Virus record (IMG/VR): IMGVR_UViG_3300011443_000019
Coordinates: 1-48,474 of that record
Length of the DNA stretch: 48,474 nucleotides
Direction: 5' to 3' (one strand)
Origin: a virus
Taxonomy: Duplodnaviria; Caudoviricetes
The notes beneath the pieces are model-generated. The model searched no databases, was not told the DNA's origin, and saw nothing but the letters and a program-made list of their open reading frames with translations. Positions 36,271-44,393 of this stretch are shown here, piece by piece. The number at the start of each line of letters is the position of its first letter. Position 1 is the first letter of the stretch. Made by a program: the position numbers and the translations under genes.

Positions 36271-36617
36271 TGGATACATCCAAACTTCCATTCGCCAAGC
36301 CGAGGCCGCGGGCGCTCGAGAAGGCGGATCGCCGGGAGGCCATCGAAGCCAGAGACAACTCCGAAAGCGACAAGGTGAAGGTGCGTAGCGGCGGGCGGTG
36401 TGAAGTGCAGGAATTACAGCCTCCAACGTATCGCTTGTGGTTACGCTGTCAACGTCGCGCATTTCATATACACCACAGACTGTCAGGTATCGGCGTTCGC
36501 GGTCGAGGGTTAAGCGCCTTGGCAGAAAACAAACTGCACCTTTGTGGTGAGTGCCACTCCAGTATCCATGCGCATGTGCTAGTGCCTGACGGGACGATGT
36601 TCAGGCGGTGCCTGTGA
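36270..36617 (+). CDS. HNH-like nuclease
   Basis: RSGGRCE...C...HIHHR...LCGECHSSIH. Confidence 0.7.
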   Translation: MDTSKLPFAKPRPRALEKADRREAIEARDNSESDKVKVRSGGRCEVQELQPPTYRLWLRCQRRAFHIHHRLSGIGVRGRGLSALAENKLHLCGECHSSIHAHVLVPDGTMFRRCL

Positions 36618-36736
36618 TGGCTTACGACCAGCGCCAAGTCGTCGACGCCGTCTATGTGACGTGCCTCGCGTGTCGGCGCTCGTGGTTTATGACGAAGGTG
36701 GTCCTACCCTGTATTGCCTGCGTCTGGGGGAAGTGA
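36617..36736 (+). CDS. 39-aa Zn-ribbon microprotein (absent from ORF track)
   Basis: MAYDQRQVVDAVYVTCLACRRSWFMTKVVLPCIACVWGK; TGATG coupling on both sides. Confidence 0.55.
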   Translation: MAYDQRQVVDAVYVTCLACRRSWFMTKVVLPCIACVWGK

Positions 36737-37026
36737 TGGCCTATCTCAACAGTGCGACTTACGAACTCCCCTTTGCGAGCGGGAGCGACACGTCCGAAGC
36801 GGCGGCCAGGCGTGCGGAGCGGTTCGTCGGCCCGCAAGGCGTCACGGTCTGGACGTGGCTGCAGCAGCAGGGGCCGCGAGGCGGCACACAGCGCGAGGCG
36901 AGCACCGCCTTAGGCGTGGGACGGCCGAGTATCTGCGCCAGGTTTCATGCACTCGAGCAGCGGGGCGAGATTCGAAAGCTGGCCGGCACGACGCGGGCGC
37001 ATTGTGCGGTATACGTCGCGGTGTGA
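36736..37026 (+). CDS. Winged-helix DNA-binding protein
   Basis: SDTSEAAA...GGTQREASTALG...SICARFHALEQRGEI. Confidence 0.78.
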   Translation: MAYLNSATYELPFASGSDTSEAAARRAERFVGPQGVTVWTWLQQQGPRGGTQREASTALGVGRPSICARFHALEQRGEIRKLAGTTRAHCAVYVAV

Positions 37027-37027
37027 G

Positions 37028-37073
37028 TCGCTATATCTAGTGGCTTGTAATGACCCGCAGGACCGGATATAAA
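37028..37073 (+). promoter_or_regulatory. NrdR-box-like site followed by a sigma70 promoter
   Basis: tcgCTATATCTAGTgg (37028-37043) resembles the NrdR consensus acaCwAtATaTwGtg; TTGTAA(37045)-N17-TATAAA(37068). Confidence 0.6.
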
Positions 37074-37076
37074 AAC

Positions 37077-37412
37077 GGGGCGCTTTCCAGCTTATCACTG
37101 GGCGGCGCCCCTAATGACCCCGAGCTGAGTGAGGCAGCGCGGCGGACTTCCCGCCATTCTACCAAACAGCCATCGTGCGTCAAGGGGATCGCTGAAGGTG
37201 TAGCGATTCACAAAGTAGGCACCTCGAGACAGGCGACACGCACGTTGCGCCGCGCTGATTGGCCGACTCTGAGCCACCAATCGAGTCACCGAAATCCAGG
37301 GCAGGGCCGCCGACACCTTCCCGCCTGGTCCCTCATACCCTTGGTAGGTATGAGTGAGCCGTTTTCCTTTGGCTTGGATACAAGCGTATGAGGGAAAAAA
37401 GGTGTCGGAGGT
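37077..37412 (+). ncRNA. Putative structured ncRNA or leader of unknown family
   Basis: Three perfect 10-bp long-range helices and several hairpins directly downstream of a promoter, in the largest gap between credible genes. Confidence 0.6.
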
Positions 37413-37423
37413 GTAACTGATCG

Positions 37424-37735
37424 GTGGAATTTCTCTGTGATGGCGGCGGCAGTTGGACCCTCGACGAGAAACGGTTGGGCATCTGGCGCGACCTGTATCC
37501 GGATCTCAATGTGGATCAGGAGTGCCGCAAGGCGTGGGCGTGGCTGGACGCCAATCCGATGAAGCGGAAGACGGCGCGCGGGATGCCGCGGTTCCTCGTG
37601 GCGTGGCTGAATCGGGCGCAACCGGCGCCGCCTGAGACAAGAGCGGATCGGTATGGACATTATCCGCGCTGTCGGACTATGCAGGAATGCACGCTGAAGG
37701 CGCTGGCCGAGGCGCGAGCGAAGAGGACGACATGA
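37424..37735 (+). CDS. Replication-protein C-terminal-domain-like protein
   Basis: W.DLYPDLNVDQECRKA.AWLDANP.KRKTARGMPRFL.AWLNRAQ resembles the C-terminal domain of lambdoid replication initiators. Confidence 0.65.
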   Translation: MEFLCDGGGSWTLDEKRLGIWRDLYPDLNVDQECRKAWAWLDANPMKRKTARGMPRFLVAWLNRAQPAPPETRADRYGHYPRCRTMQECTLKALAEARAKRTT

Positions 37736-38171
37736 GTGATAAGGGCGTGTTGTCGGTCTGTGCGACGTGTAGACATGCCGAGTGGAAGAAGACGGCGAAC
37801 GGTCGCCGGCATCCTGACGGCTCTGGCCGGTGCGGGTATGAGTTCCCTAATTCACCGTTGCCGAAGTGGGCACGGGATCGGTCGTATGGGCGCGATGAAG
37901 TGTCGCTGCGCGAAGTGCTTGAGCGTAAGATGACCCGGCGCTGGATTTACTGGGTGGACATTCATCGCGATGAGCCTGAACCGTGCGCGACATGGGAAGC
38001 CAAGCCATGAAGCGGAAGACGGCCAGGGGGATGCCGCGGTTCCTCGTGGCGTGGCTGAATCGGGCGCAACCTTCGCCACCTGAGACGAGAGCGGATCGGT
38101 ATGGACATTATCCGCGCTGTCGGACCATGCAGGAATGCACGCTGAAGGCGTTGGCTGAGGCGAGGGCGAAA
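37559..38171 (+). repeat. 165-bp imperfect direct repeat (37559-37723 and 38007-38171)
   Basis: 13 nucleotide differences by manual alignment, one amino-acid change. Confidence 0.95.
37732..38010 (+). CDS. Cys-containing hypothetical protein
   Basis: ATGA overlaps; CATCRHA...GRC...C. Confidence 0.65.
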   Translation: MSDKGVLSVCATCRHAEWKKTANGRRHPDGSGRCGYEFPNSPLPKWARDRSYGRDEVSLREVLERKMTRRWIYWVDIHRDEPEPCATWEAKP

Positions 38172-38177
38172 CGATGA
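38007..38177 (+). CDS. 56-aa duplicate of the C-terminal half of 37424..37735
   Basis: ATGA coupling on both sides; near-identical peptide. Confidence 0.6.
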   Translation: MKRKTARGMPRFLVAWLNRAQPSPPETRADRYGHYPRCRTMQECTLKALAEARAKR

Positions 38178-38389
38178 GTAAGGGTTGGGAGCAAGTGCAG
38201 TTCGTTGTCCGCTGTGCCTACGGGCACGAAATCAGACGCGGCGAGTGGGCCTGGTTCGGGAGACGTCCAATGGTGTGCTGTGAGGCACACGCGCAACAGT
38301 ATGGCATCGCCAGGAACACGGAAGAGTCGAAGCCCAAGCCCGAGGGCATGACGTCACTTGCGGAACTGGCAGCACGGTGGAAGCGATGA
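38174..38389 (+). CDS. Small Cys/His protein
   Basis: CAYGH...CCEAH; coupled overlaps. Confidence 0.6.
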   Translation: MSKGWEQVQFVVRCAYGHEIRRGEWAWFGRRPMVCCEAHAQQYGIARNTEESKPKPEGMTSLAELAARWKR

Positions 38390-38580
38390 AGCCGAAACCC
38401 ACGAAGGCCCAAGGCTTCCGACTGGCACCACGGCAAACTGCGCCGGTGTGTCTGGAGTCCTGGTGGACCCGCTATGCGACCGGACCACGGGAGGACGGGC
38501 AGTTGGAGGCGGAAGCGGTGACGCGGGCGCTCAAGTCGGCCTCGCCGGTGCTCCTGGCGGATTGGACGAGCACGGTCTGA
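38386..38580 (+). CDS. Hypothetical protein
   Basis: ATGA and TGATG coupling. Confidence 0.5.
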   Translation: MKPKPTKAQGFRLAPRQTAPVCLESWWTRYATGPREDGQLEAEAVTRALKSASPVLLADWTSTV

Positions 38581-39047
38581 TGGATAACGCGGCCATGTTC
38601 AGCAAGGCGTCTGACGAGTGGGCCACGCCTGACCGATTCTTCTCGGTGCTCGACGCGGAGTTTGCGTTCGACCTCGACGCGGCGGCGACACAGGAGAATG
38701 CGAAGTGCCGCGTCTGGTATGGCGATCGGATCGATGCCCTAACGCTGAAGTCGTGGGCCTCTGAGCCGTGCTCGATCTGGCTGAATCCTCCGTATTCACG
38801 GTGCCGGGAGTTCATCGCCAAGGCGGCGGAACAGGCGCGGCTCGGGCATACGGTCGTGTGCTTGGTGCCCTCCCGAACGGACACCCGATGGTGGTGGGAC
38901 CACGTCTGGAGCGGGGAGACGTTGACCTGGCGACCAGGGGTCGAAGTCCGCTTTGTCTGCGGCCGTCTCAAGTTCGGCAACAGCGAGAACAGCGCACCCT
39001 TTCCGAGTGTGCTGGTGATCTTTCGGCCACCGGAGGCCAGCGCATGA
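38580..39047 (+). CDS. Phage N6-adenine DNA methyltransferase (Dam-like)
   Basis: DEWATP, FDLDAAA..NAKC, WLNPPYS, PSRTDT.WW, GRLKF, APFPS motifs. Confidence 0.93.
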   Translation: MDNAAMFSKASDEWATPDRFFSVLDAEFAFDLDAAATQENAKCRVWYGDRIDALTLKSWASEPCSIWLNPPYSRCREFIAKAAEQARLGHTVVCLVPSRTDTRWWWDHVWSGETLTWRPGVEVRFVCGRLKFGNSENSAPFPSVLVIFRPPEASA

Positions 39048-39066
39048 CGGCGCAGGGGAAGGGCGC

Positions 39067-40143
39067 ATGAGCGGGGCTGAGTTGTACGGAGTGCTGGTTA
39101 TTTTGAGTGAGTTACTGACCGAGAGCGGCGCGCCGGTTTGTGTCCGGCGGACGCGAGACGCCGAACCATCGGATCGACAGGACAGCCCACGAAGGCTGAT
39201 CGAGCAGTTGAGGGATAAACAGCGAGCGAAGGCTGTTGAAGCTCGGCAGTGGGCAACGGAGTTGCCAGACTGGGACGGAGCAAACCGGCATGAGCTACGC
39301 AACCGAGCAGGCGTATACGACAACTGCGCGGACGATCTAGAGGCCCTGATCGCCGCCCTGCCGTCCAGTGAGGAGCCGACAGCGCAAGTTTACGACGTGT
39401 GTAGTCAATGCGGGGTGATGCGACCGTGCGGGGCACACCCGCAAGACAGGGGCGTTGGTGTAGATAGTGAGGGACGCACGTTTGATCCGGCGAGGGCCAC
39501 CCATACGACAAGCGATCCCGCCCGCCTGCGGACCCTGGCGGATGAAGCCGATGAGCGCGTGAAGGAATTGGAGCGCGAATGGGATCTAGTCCCTGGCTGC
39601 AATGGCTTTGCCAAGATCACGTTTGGCGATGGCACGAGTGTCTTTCAGTGTGCGATCTGCCAACATAAAGACCCGCCAAATCACAGCGATGCGTGTCTGT
39701 GGCTAGACGTGTCTCAGGCGCTCGTCCAGTTTCGTGCTGCATCCACGGCGCTCCGAGAGGCCGCAGCCTCCCTAGAGACGCTGAAGCTAGAGCGAGATAT
39801 GTTCGCGGAACTTGCCGAGCCTAAGCGATGTGCTGGTCATCCCGATAGTCCTCGTCTTGACGGCTGCGACGAGTGCGTCATGGGAAACATCTTCAAGGCT
39901 CGAGCCGCACAGGAAGTCGCCGAAGCCGAGCGAGACGCCGCCCTAAGCCTGTTGCCGGATATAGGCGGGGCACTTCTGGACGCAGGGACCGTCCCTGTGG
40001 GTGACATCTCGACCTATGTCGGGGCCATCCATGCGCTCATTGCCGAGCGAGACGCCGCCCTCGCCCAAGTGGCGCTCCTCACGCGCACGGTGACGATGCT
40101 GACGGAGACGATGGGGGAGAAGAAGGAGACTGCCAATGGATGA
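39067..40143 (+). CDS. Mosaic hypothetical protein with Cys clusters and coiled coils
   Basis: 358-aa ORF; CSQC, CAIC, CDEC; 20-bp direct repeat encoding AERDAAL (39925, 40042). Confidence 0.6.
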   Translation: MSGAELYGVLVILSELLTESGAPVCVRRTRDAEPSDRQDSPRRLIEQLRDKQRAKAVEARQWATELPDWDGANRHELRNRAGVYDNCADDLEALIAALPSSEEPTAQVYDVCSQCGVMRPCGAHPQDRGVGVDSEGRTFDPARATHTTSDPARLRTLADEADERVKELEREWDLVPGCNGFAKITFGDGTSVFQCAICQHKDPPNHSDACLWLDVSQALVQFRAASTALREAAASLETLKLERDMFAELAEPKRCAGHPDSPRLDGCDECVMGNIFKARAAQEVAEAERDAALSLLPDIGGALLDAGTVPVGDISTYVGAIHALIAERDAALAQVALLTRTVTMLTETMGEKKETANG

Positions 40144-40369
40144 ACAGACCGAGCGCGTGTTGTTTCAGTCAGCAGCATTCCTCACGATGATCGCCAACGG
40201 GACGTATCCCGTTCCGGTGCATGTGAAGAAGGAATCCGAAGAGTTGCTCGACAAGATCGGAGTGCTCATCGTGAAGGCACAAGAGCAGCCTGGATTCACG
40301 CTCTCGTGCGGGCATGTCGTGGAAGATGTCTGGTGTCCGACCTGCGGTGGTCATTGGGGGCCGAAGTGA
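40136..40369 (+). CDS. Small Zn-finger protein
   Basis: AAGGAG RBS; CGH...CPTC. Confidence 0.65.
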   Translation: MDEQTERVLFQSAAFLTMIANGTYPVPVHVKKESEELLDKIGVLIVKAQEQPGFTLSCGHVVEDVWCPTCGGHWGPK

Positions 40370-40557
40370 GCAAAGACGATGAACTCCTGACGGTGCAGGA
40401 ATACGCGGCCCGTCATCGCCTCCATGTGCAAACGGTCTACACCGCGATACGCTATGGCCGATTGAAGCGCCAAGTTATCAGGCCTACCGAGCGCACCATC
40501 CGGATCGTCGTTCCACGTGAAAGCATACTCACGCATACAAACGCGCACACACGCTGA
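40366..40557 (+). CDS. Excisionase/MerR-like HTH protein
   Basis: ELLTVQEYAARHRLHVQTVYTAIRYGRL; last gene before the late module. Confidence 0.8.
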   Translation: MSKDDELLTVQEYAARHRLHVQTVYTAIRYGRLKRQVIRPTERTIRIVVPRESILTHTNAHTR

Positions 40558-40680
40558 ATGACAACAGTGTAAGCACGGGCGCATTCTAGCGTCCAGCCTT
40601 CTCGCCATCTACAACCTATGGCGTACCCGCAGCCTGTTTCGTCGTGCATGGCGACCCGTCTATGTGGAGTCGCGTCCTAG

Positions 40681-42258
40681 GTGCCGCCTAAACCTCCCAT
40701 AGCGAAACTGAGCGCCCCGTCACAAGTGCGCCAGGGGGTCCCGTTTGAAGTAGATGCCTCGGCCTCGACAGATGGCCCTGGCGGCGGCGGGATCACCGGG
40801 TACGATTTCGAATTCGACGACGGCACCACGGAACACACAGACCAACCGCAGGCCACGCACACCTACCACCAGGCCGACGGGCCATACTCCGTCACGGTCA
40901 CGGTCACAAACAAGAAAGGCCGCAGTAGCAAGTCAGATCCGGCCATCATCGAGGTCATCGCGGAGCAGCCACCCGTGCCGGTGGATTGTGTGTTGTCGGA
41001 CTGGTCCGAATGGTCTGAGTGGGTCGATAACGGCGACGGCACCGAAACTCGGAGCCGGATCCGGACGATTGTGGTTGAACCGGCGAACGGGGGGCAGCCC
41101 TGCGAGCATCAGGAAGAAACCGAACGGCGGTACATCGCTCTGCCGGTTGATTGTGTGCTTGGGCCGGAGTTCATCACAGCCGAGACACCGCTCGAAGCCT
41201 GCCAGCCTGACGGATTTCAAGCCGTGGAAGTGGCCTGGAGCAAGACGATCCTCACGCCTCCGGCGAACGGCGGGCAGGCCTGTGGAGCGACCAGTGGGAC
41301 ACGGATCGAGAAGAGGGCGTGTGTGTATGTGCCGGCGACGGATGATCATGCGCGATTCGACACCTTGCGGGCGTTGCCGCAATGCCTCGTGTCGGAGTCG
41401 CTACGGGTGCAGTCAGAGATCGACGCGCTGACGGGTGCCGGGGTATCGACGGCCTATGTCGCCAAACAGGATGAGGCGGAACTGATCATCCCACCCGACC
41501 GGGCTAGCCTCGCCGGGAATCAGCAGCTCATCATTCCGATTCGGCAGACGACCGGACCCCTGCTCCTGACGTGGGATGTCTGGTACGGCCATGAGTGGCG
41601 CAAGGTGGAGCACGGCGGCTCCTACGACTACGCCTTTGACAAGTCCTACCAGCACAAAGAGTTTCAGTGCGGGTTCGACACGGATGGCGGCGGAGGGAAG
41701 GGCACCATCTTCTTTGAGACGCAGACGATGTATCAGCGCGGGACGGCCGATCACGTCGGCGCGGTGGGGCATCGACTGTATGGGGTCAAAGCGCCTGGGA
41801 CCACGATCGAAGCCGGAGAACCCAACGCTCACGGCTCTCCGTATGGCCCTGGTACCGAGCCCGATGGCGTGGCGATGATCCAGCACTCCACGTATTGCCG
41901 GCACGTGCTGGAGATCCGTCCCAACCAGCCCGCCAGCGCCTTCCCAGAGTGGGAAGCTCTCACAGGCGTCACGCTGCCACCGGACGAGGTCTACCACATG
42001 TATTCCTCGTGGTTCCTGACACCGACGCAGACGTATCGGCTGCTGTTCAGGATACCGGCGGGCCGCTACAAGGGTGCGACACCGGAGATCCTTAGAGACG
42101 GTCTATCGGCGTTCTGGTTCGAGCACAACACGAGCTCCAAGGTCGGAGTGATGACTGGTCCTGGCACGATTCGGTCGCGCGACTTTGTGTGCCTGAAGGG
42201 GTACGTGCTTCCGGACGTGCCAGAGGACGATGCGCTGATCTTCGAGAGGCCGTCGTAG
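40681..42258 (+). CDS. PKD plus two spondin-type TSP1-like repeats plus beta-rich C-terminal domain
   Basis: VDASASTD..FDDGT..HTY..YSVTVTV (PKD); PVDCVLSDWSEWSEW..RSRIRTIVVEPANGGQPC. Confidence 0.8.
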   Translation: MPPKPPIAKLSAPSQVRQGVPFEVDASASTDGPGGGGITGYDFEFDDGTTEHTDQPQATHTYHQADGPYSVTVTVTNKKGRSSKSDPAIIEVIAEQPPVPVDCVLSDWSEWSEWVDNGDGTETRSRIRTIVVEPANGGQPCEHQEETERRYIALPVDCVLGPEFITAETPLEACQPDGFQAVEVAWSKTILTPPANGGQACGATSGTRIEKRACVYVPATDDHARFDTLRALPQCLVSESLRVQSEIDALTGAGVSTAYVAKQDEAELIIPPDRASLAGNQQLIIPIRQTTGPLLLTWDVWYGHEWRKVEHGGSYDYAFDKSYQHKEFQCGFDTDGGGGKGTIFFETQTMYQRGTADHVGAVGHRLYGVKAPGTTIEAGEPNAHGSPYGPGTEPDGVAMIQHSTYCRHVLEIRPNQPASAFPEWEALTGVTLPPDEVYHMYSSWFLTPTQTYRLLFRIPAGRYKGATPEILRDGLSAFWFEHNTSSKVGVMTGPGTIRSRDFVCLKGYVLPDVPEDDALIFERPS

Positions 42259-42639
42259 ATGGCGCTGTCGTATATGCGCTGGCGGCCTGACACCTGCCGG
42301 TGCGTCATTCTCCAATCCCACGATCCATCTGATCCCGGTGTGCCGATTGCGCTGCATCAGGTGGAGTCGAAGTGTCCTGCGCATACGGCCCTGTCTGATG
42401 CCGATGTCTGGACGGCGGTCTGGCATCCGACAACAGGAGAGAACCGGGGGATCAAAAACCGGATTCGGAATCGCATTTTCGAGCAGTGGGGTGTCGAAAT
42501 CGTGTCCTTTAGCTTCAGCGGCACGGCTCCCAATCGCGTGGTGACGATTGTCACGCAAGGGTTGACCCAGAATCAGCGCACCACGGCGCAGTCGTGGGCT
42601 GATACGAACATCGGTGTCGGGCGGGTCATCATCCAGTGA
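42259..42639 (+). CDS. Hypothetical protein
   Basis: WRPDTCRC...CPAH; coupled to neighbours. Confidence 0.7.
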   Translation: MALSYMRWRPDTCRCVILQSHDPSDPGVPIALHQVESKCPAHTALSDADVWTAVWHPTTGENRGIKNRIRNRIFEQWGVEIVSFSFSGTAPNRVVTIVTQGLTQNQRTTAQSWADTNIGVGRVIIQ

Positions 42640-43883
42640 GTGCCGCGCAGATCCTCGCGTTCGGCGTGGTCAGCCAGAACGATAATCAGACCCGTTACTT
42701 TGCGATCGGGGGGGCGCTAAATGCAACCCCGACGGCGACCGAGGCGTCACGCCAAGTCACGATGCGCGTGGCGGGGACGTTTGCCAACCTCTATTGTCGC
42801 GTCACGTCGAACGCCTGCACGGTCTCGTCTACCGTAACGGTCCGCAAGAACGGCGCAGGCACCGCGCTCACGCTGACCATCGGGTCTGACGCGACCGGAG
42901 AGTTCGAGGACGCGACCCATTCAGACACGGTCGCGGCCGGAGACGAGGTCAATTACGAGGTCGCCATCCCCCCAGAAGCGGGCACCAACACGATGACGCT
43001 GTCGATGTTTGGCGTCACCTTCGCGGCGGCTACTGATACCGCGACGGTGCTGACCACGGCAGACTCGCTCAGCTTCTCGACGGCCAGCTCGACGCAGTAT
43101 ATGTCGCTCGTGAACAATGACGTAGCGACCACGGAAGCCAACGCGCAATGGACGGCGCAGGGCGGCTTTACCGGGACGCATTTATTTGTCAACGTGAGCT
43201 CAAACGCCCGCACCACGAACACGGTATTTCGATCCCGCAAGAACACAGCCGATGGCAACCTCACGCTCACGTTCGGCAGCGGTGAGACGGGTATCAAGGA
43301 AGACACAAGCAATACGGACACCCTGACCGCTGGCGATGTGTACGACGTGTCAGTGACGACTGGCTCAGGCACAGGCAGTATCTCCGTTCCGCAACGCGCT
43401 ATCACGCTCATCTCGACCAATCGGGCGTTCCCGGTGGTCGGGAGCGCGATCGGGGCAGTGTATTCCCCGACCGCTGGGACGACGGCGTATCTGCATGGGG
43501 GCTATCTCCCGGCAGCGAAGGCGACGGAATCTGAGGCGCAGCTCCTCTCGCGTATTACCTGCACCCTGAGCCACCTGACTGCGCACGTCTCGGCCAATAG
43601 CGTTGCCACAACTGCGACCACGTTCAAATCTCGGATCGGGGGCGCAGACGGCAATCAATTGTTGTCGTTTGCGGCAGCCGAAACAGGCACCAAAACAGAT
43701 GCGAGCAACACGGATGCCCTGACAGCAGGCAGCAGCCGCTATTGCGTGCAGGTGATTGTCCCGGCGACCTCGGGATCGATCACCTTGCGCAATGTCGGGC
43801 TAATGGGCGCGTCGGAGGCTGGCGTGATACGGGTGCCTTCGTTATATCTCAATCAATCTGTGAATCGAGCGGCGACTTACTAG
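42636..43883 (+). CDS. Thr/Ser-rich structural protein with three similar beta-sandwich domains
   Basis: Three repeats of TEA..Q....L...V.SN....T...R...ADG..L.....ETG...D...D.L.AG. Confidence 0.72.
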   Translation: MSAAQILAFGVVSQNDNQTRYFAIGGALNATPTATEASRQVTMRVAGTFANLYCRVTSNACTVSSTVTVRKNGAGTALTLTIGSDATGEFEDATHSDTVAAGDEVNYEVAIPPEAGTNTMTLSMFGVTFAAATDTATVLTTADSLSFSTASSTQYMSLVNNDVATTEANAQWTAQGGFTGTHLFVNVSSNARTTNTVFRSRKNTADGNLTLTFGSGETGIKEDTSNTDTLTAGDVYDVSVTTGSGTGSISVPQRAITLISTNRAFPVVGSAIGAVYSPTAGTTAYLHGGYLPAAKATESEAQLLSRITCTLSHLTAHVSANSVATTATTFKSRIGGADGNQLLSFAAAETGTKTDASNTDALTAGSSRYCVQVIVPATSGSITLRNVGLMGASEAGVIRVPSLYLNQSVNRAATY

Positions 43884-44389
43884 TGGACTACGCACGCACG
43901 TATCACCGGCTCATGGACCGAGCGAGAAGCCGAATGCTGAGCGGATATGTGGAGCGGCATCACGTTGTTCCGAGATGCCTGGGAGGCGACAACACTAAGG
44001 GCAACATCGTACGCATGACACCGGAAGAGCATTACGTAGCCCATCAGTTGCTCGTCAAGATGCATCCCGGAAACGACGGGCTTGTCAGTGCGGCTGTCTA
44101 CATGGCCTGCGGCACGTCGAAACAATCGCGTAACAACAAGCTGTACGGATGGTTGCGTCGTCGCCATGCAGAAAGGCAGCGCGCGAATCTGCTTGGTGCC
44201 AAGCGCGCACCGCATACGCAAGAGACAAAGGCCAAGATGTCGGCGGCGTCGTTGGGTCGTACTAAGTCAGATGCGCATCGTCAGGCGCTGAGCATGGCGA
44301 AGAAGTTGGCGTGGCAAAACCCCGCCTATAGAGATGCAATGGTGCAGCGTCAGCATGAGCGGCGCATTCGTGAAGGATTGAGAGGGTAG
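43883..44389 (+). CDS. HNH homing endonuclease with NUMOD3-like motifs
   Basis: YVERHHVVPRCLGGDN..NIVRMTPEEHYVAHQLL; HTQETKAKMS and KSDAHRQALS. Confidence 0.88.
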   Translation: MDYARTYHRLMDRARSRMLSGYVERHHVVPRCLGGDNTKGNIVRMTPEEHYVAHQLLVKMHPGNDGLVSAAVYMACGTSKQSRNNKLYGWLRRRHAERQRANLLGAKRAPHTQETKAKMSAASLGRTKSDAHRQALSMAKKLAWQNPAYRDAMVQRQHERRIREGLRG

Positions 44390-44393
44390 CTAT

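Noticed and set aside
37050-37391. 113-aa ORF as a protein gene
   Set aside because: Its ATG overlaps the -35 element, it has no SD or recognisable motif, and the region is better explained by RNA structure; not formally excluded
37559-38171. Diversity-generating retroelement TR/VR pair
   Set aside because: Differences are not adenine-specific, are almost all synonymous, and no reverse transcriptase is present
40366-40557. Excisionase as evidence of an integrating prophage
   Set aside because: No integrase or att site seen; this HTH family also includes regulators
43883-44393. Group I intron housing the HNH
   Set aside because: The HNH ORF abuts both neighbours, leaving no room for a ribozyme core
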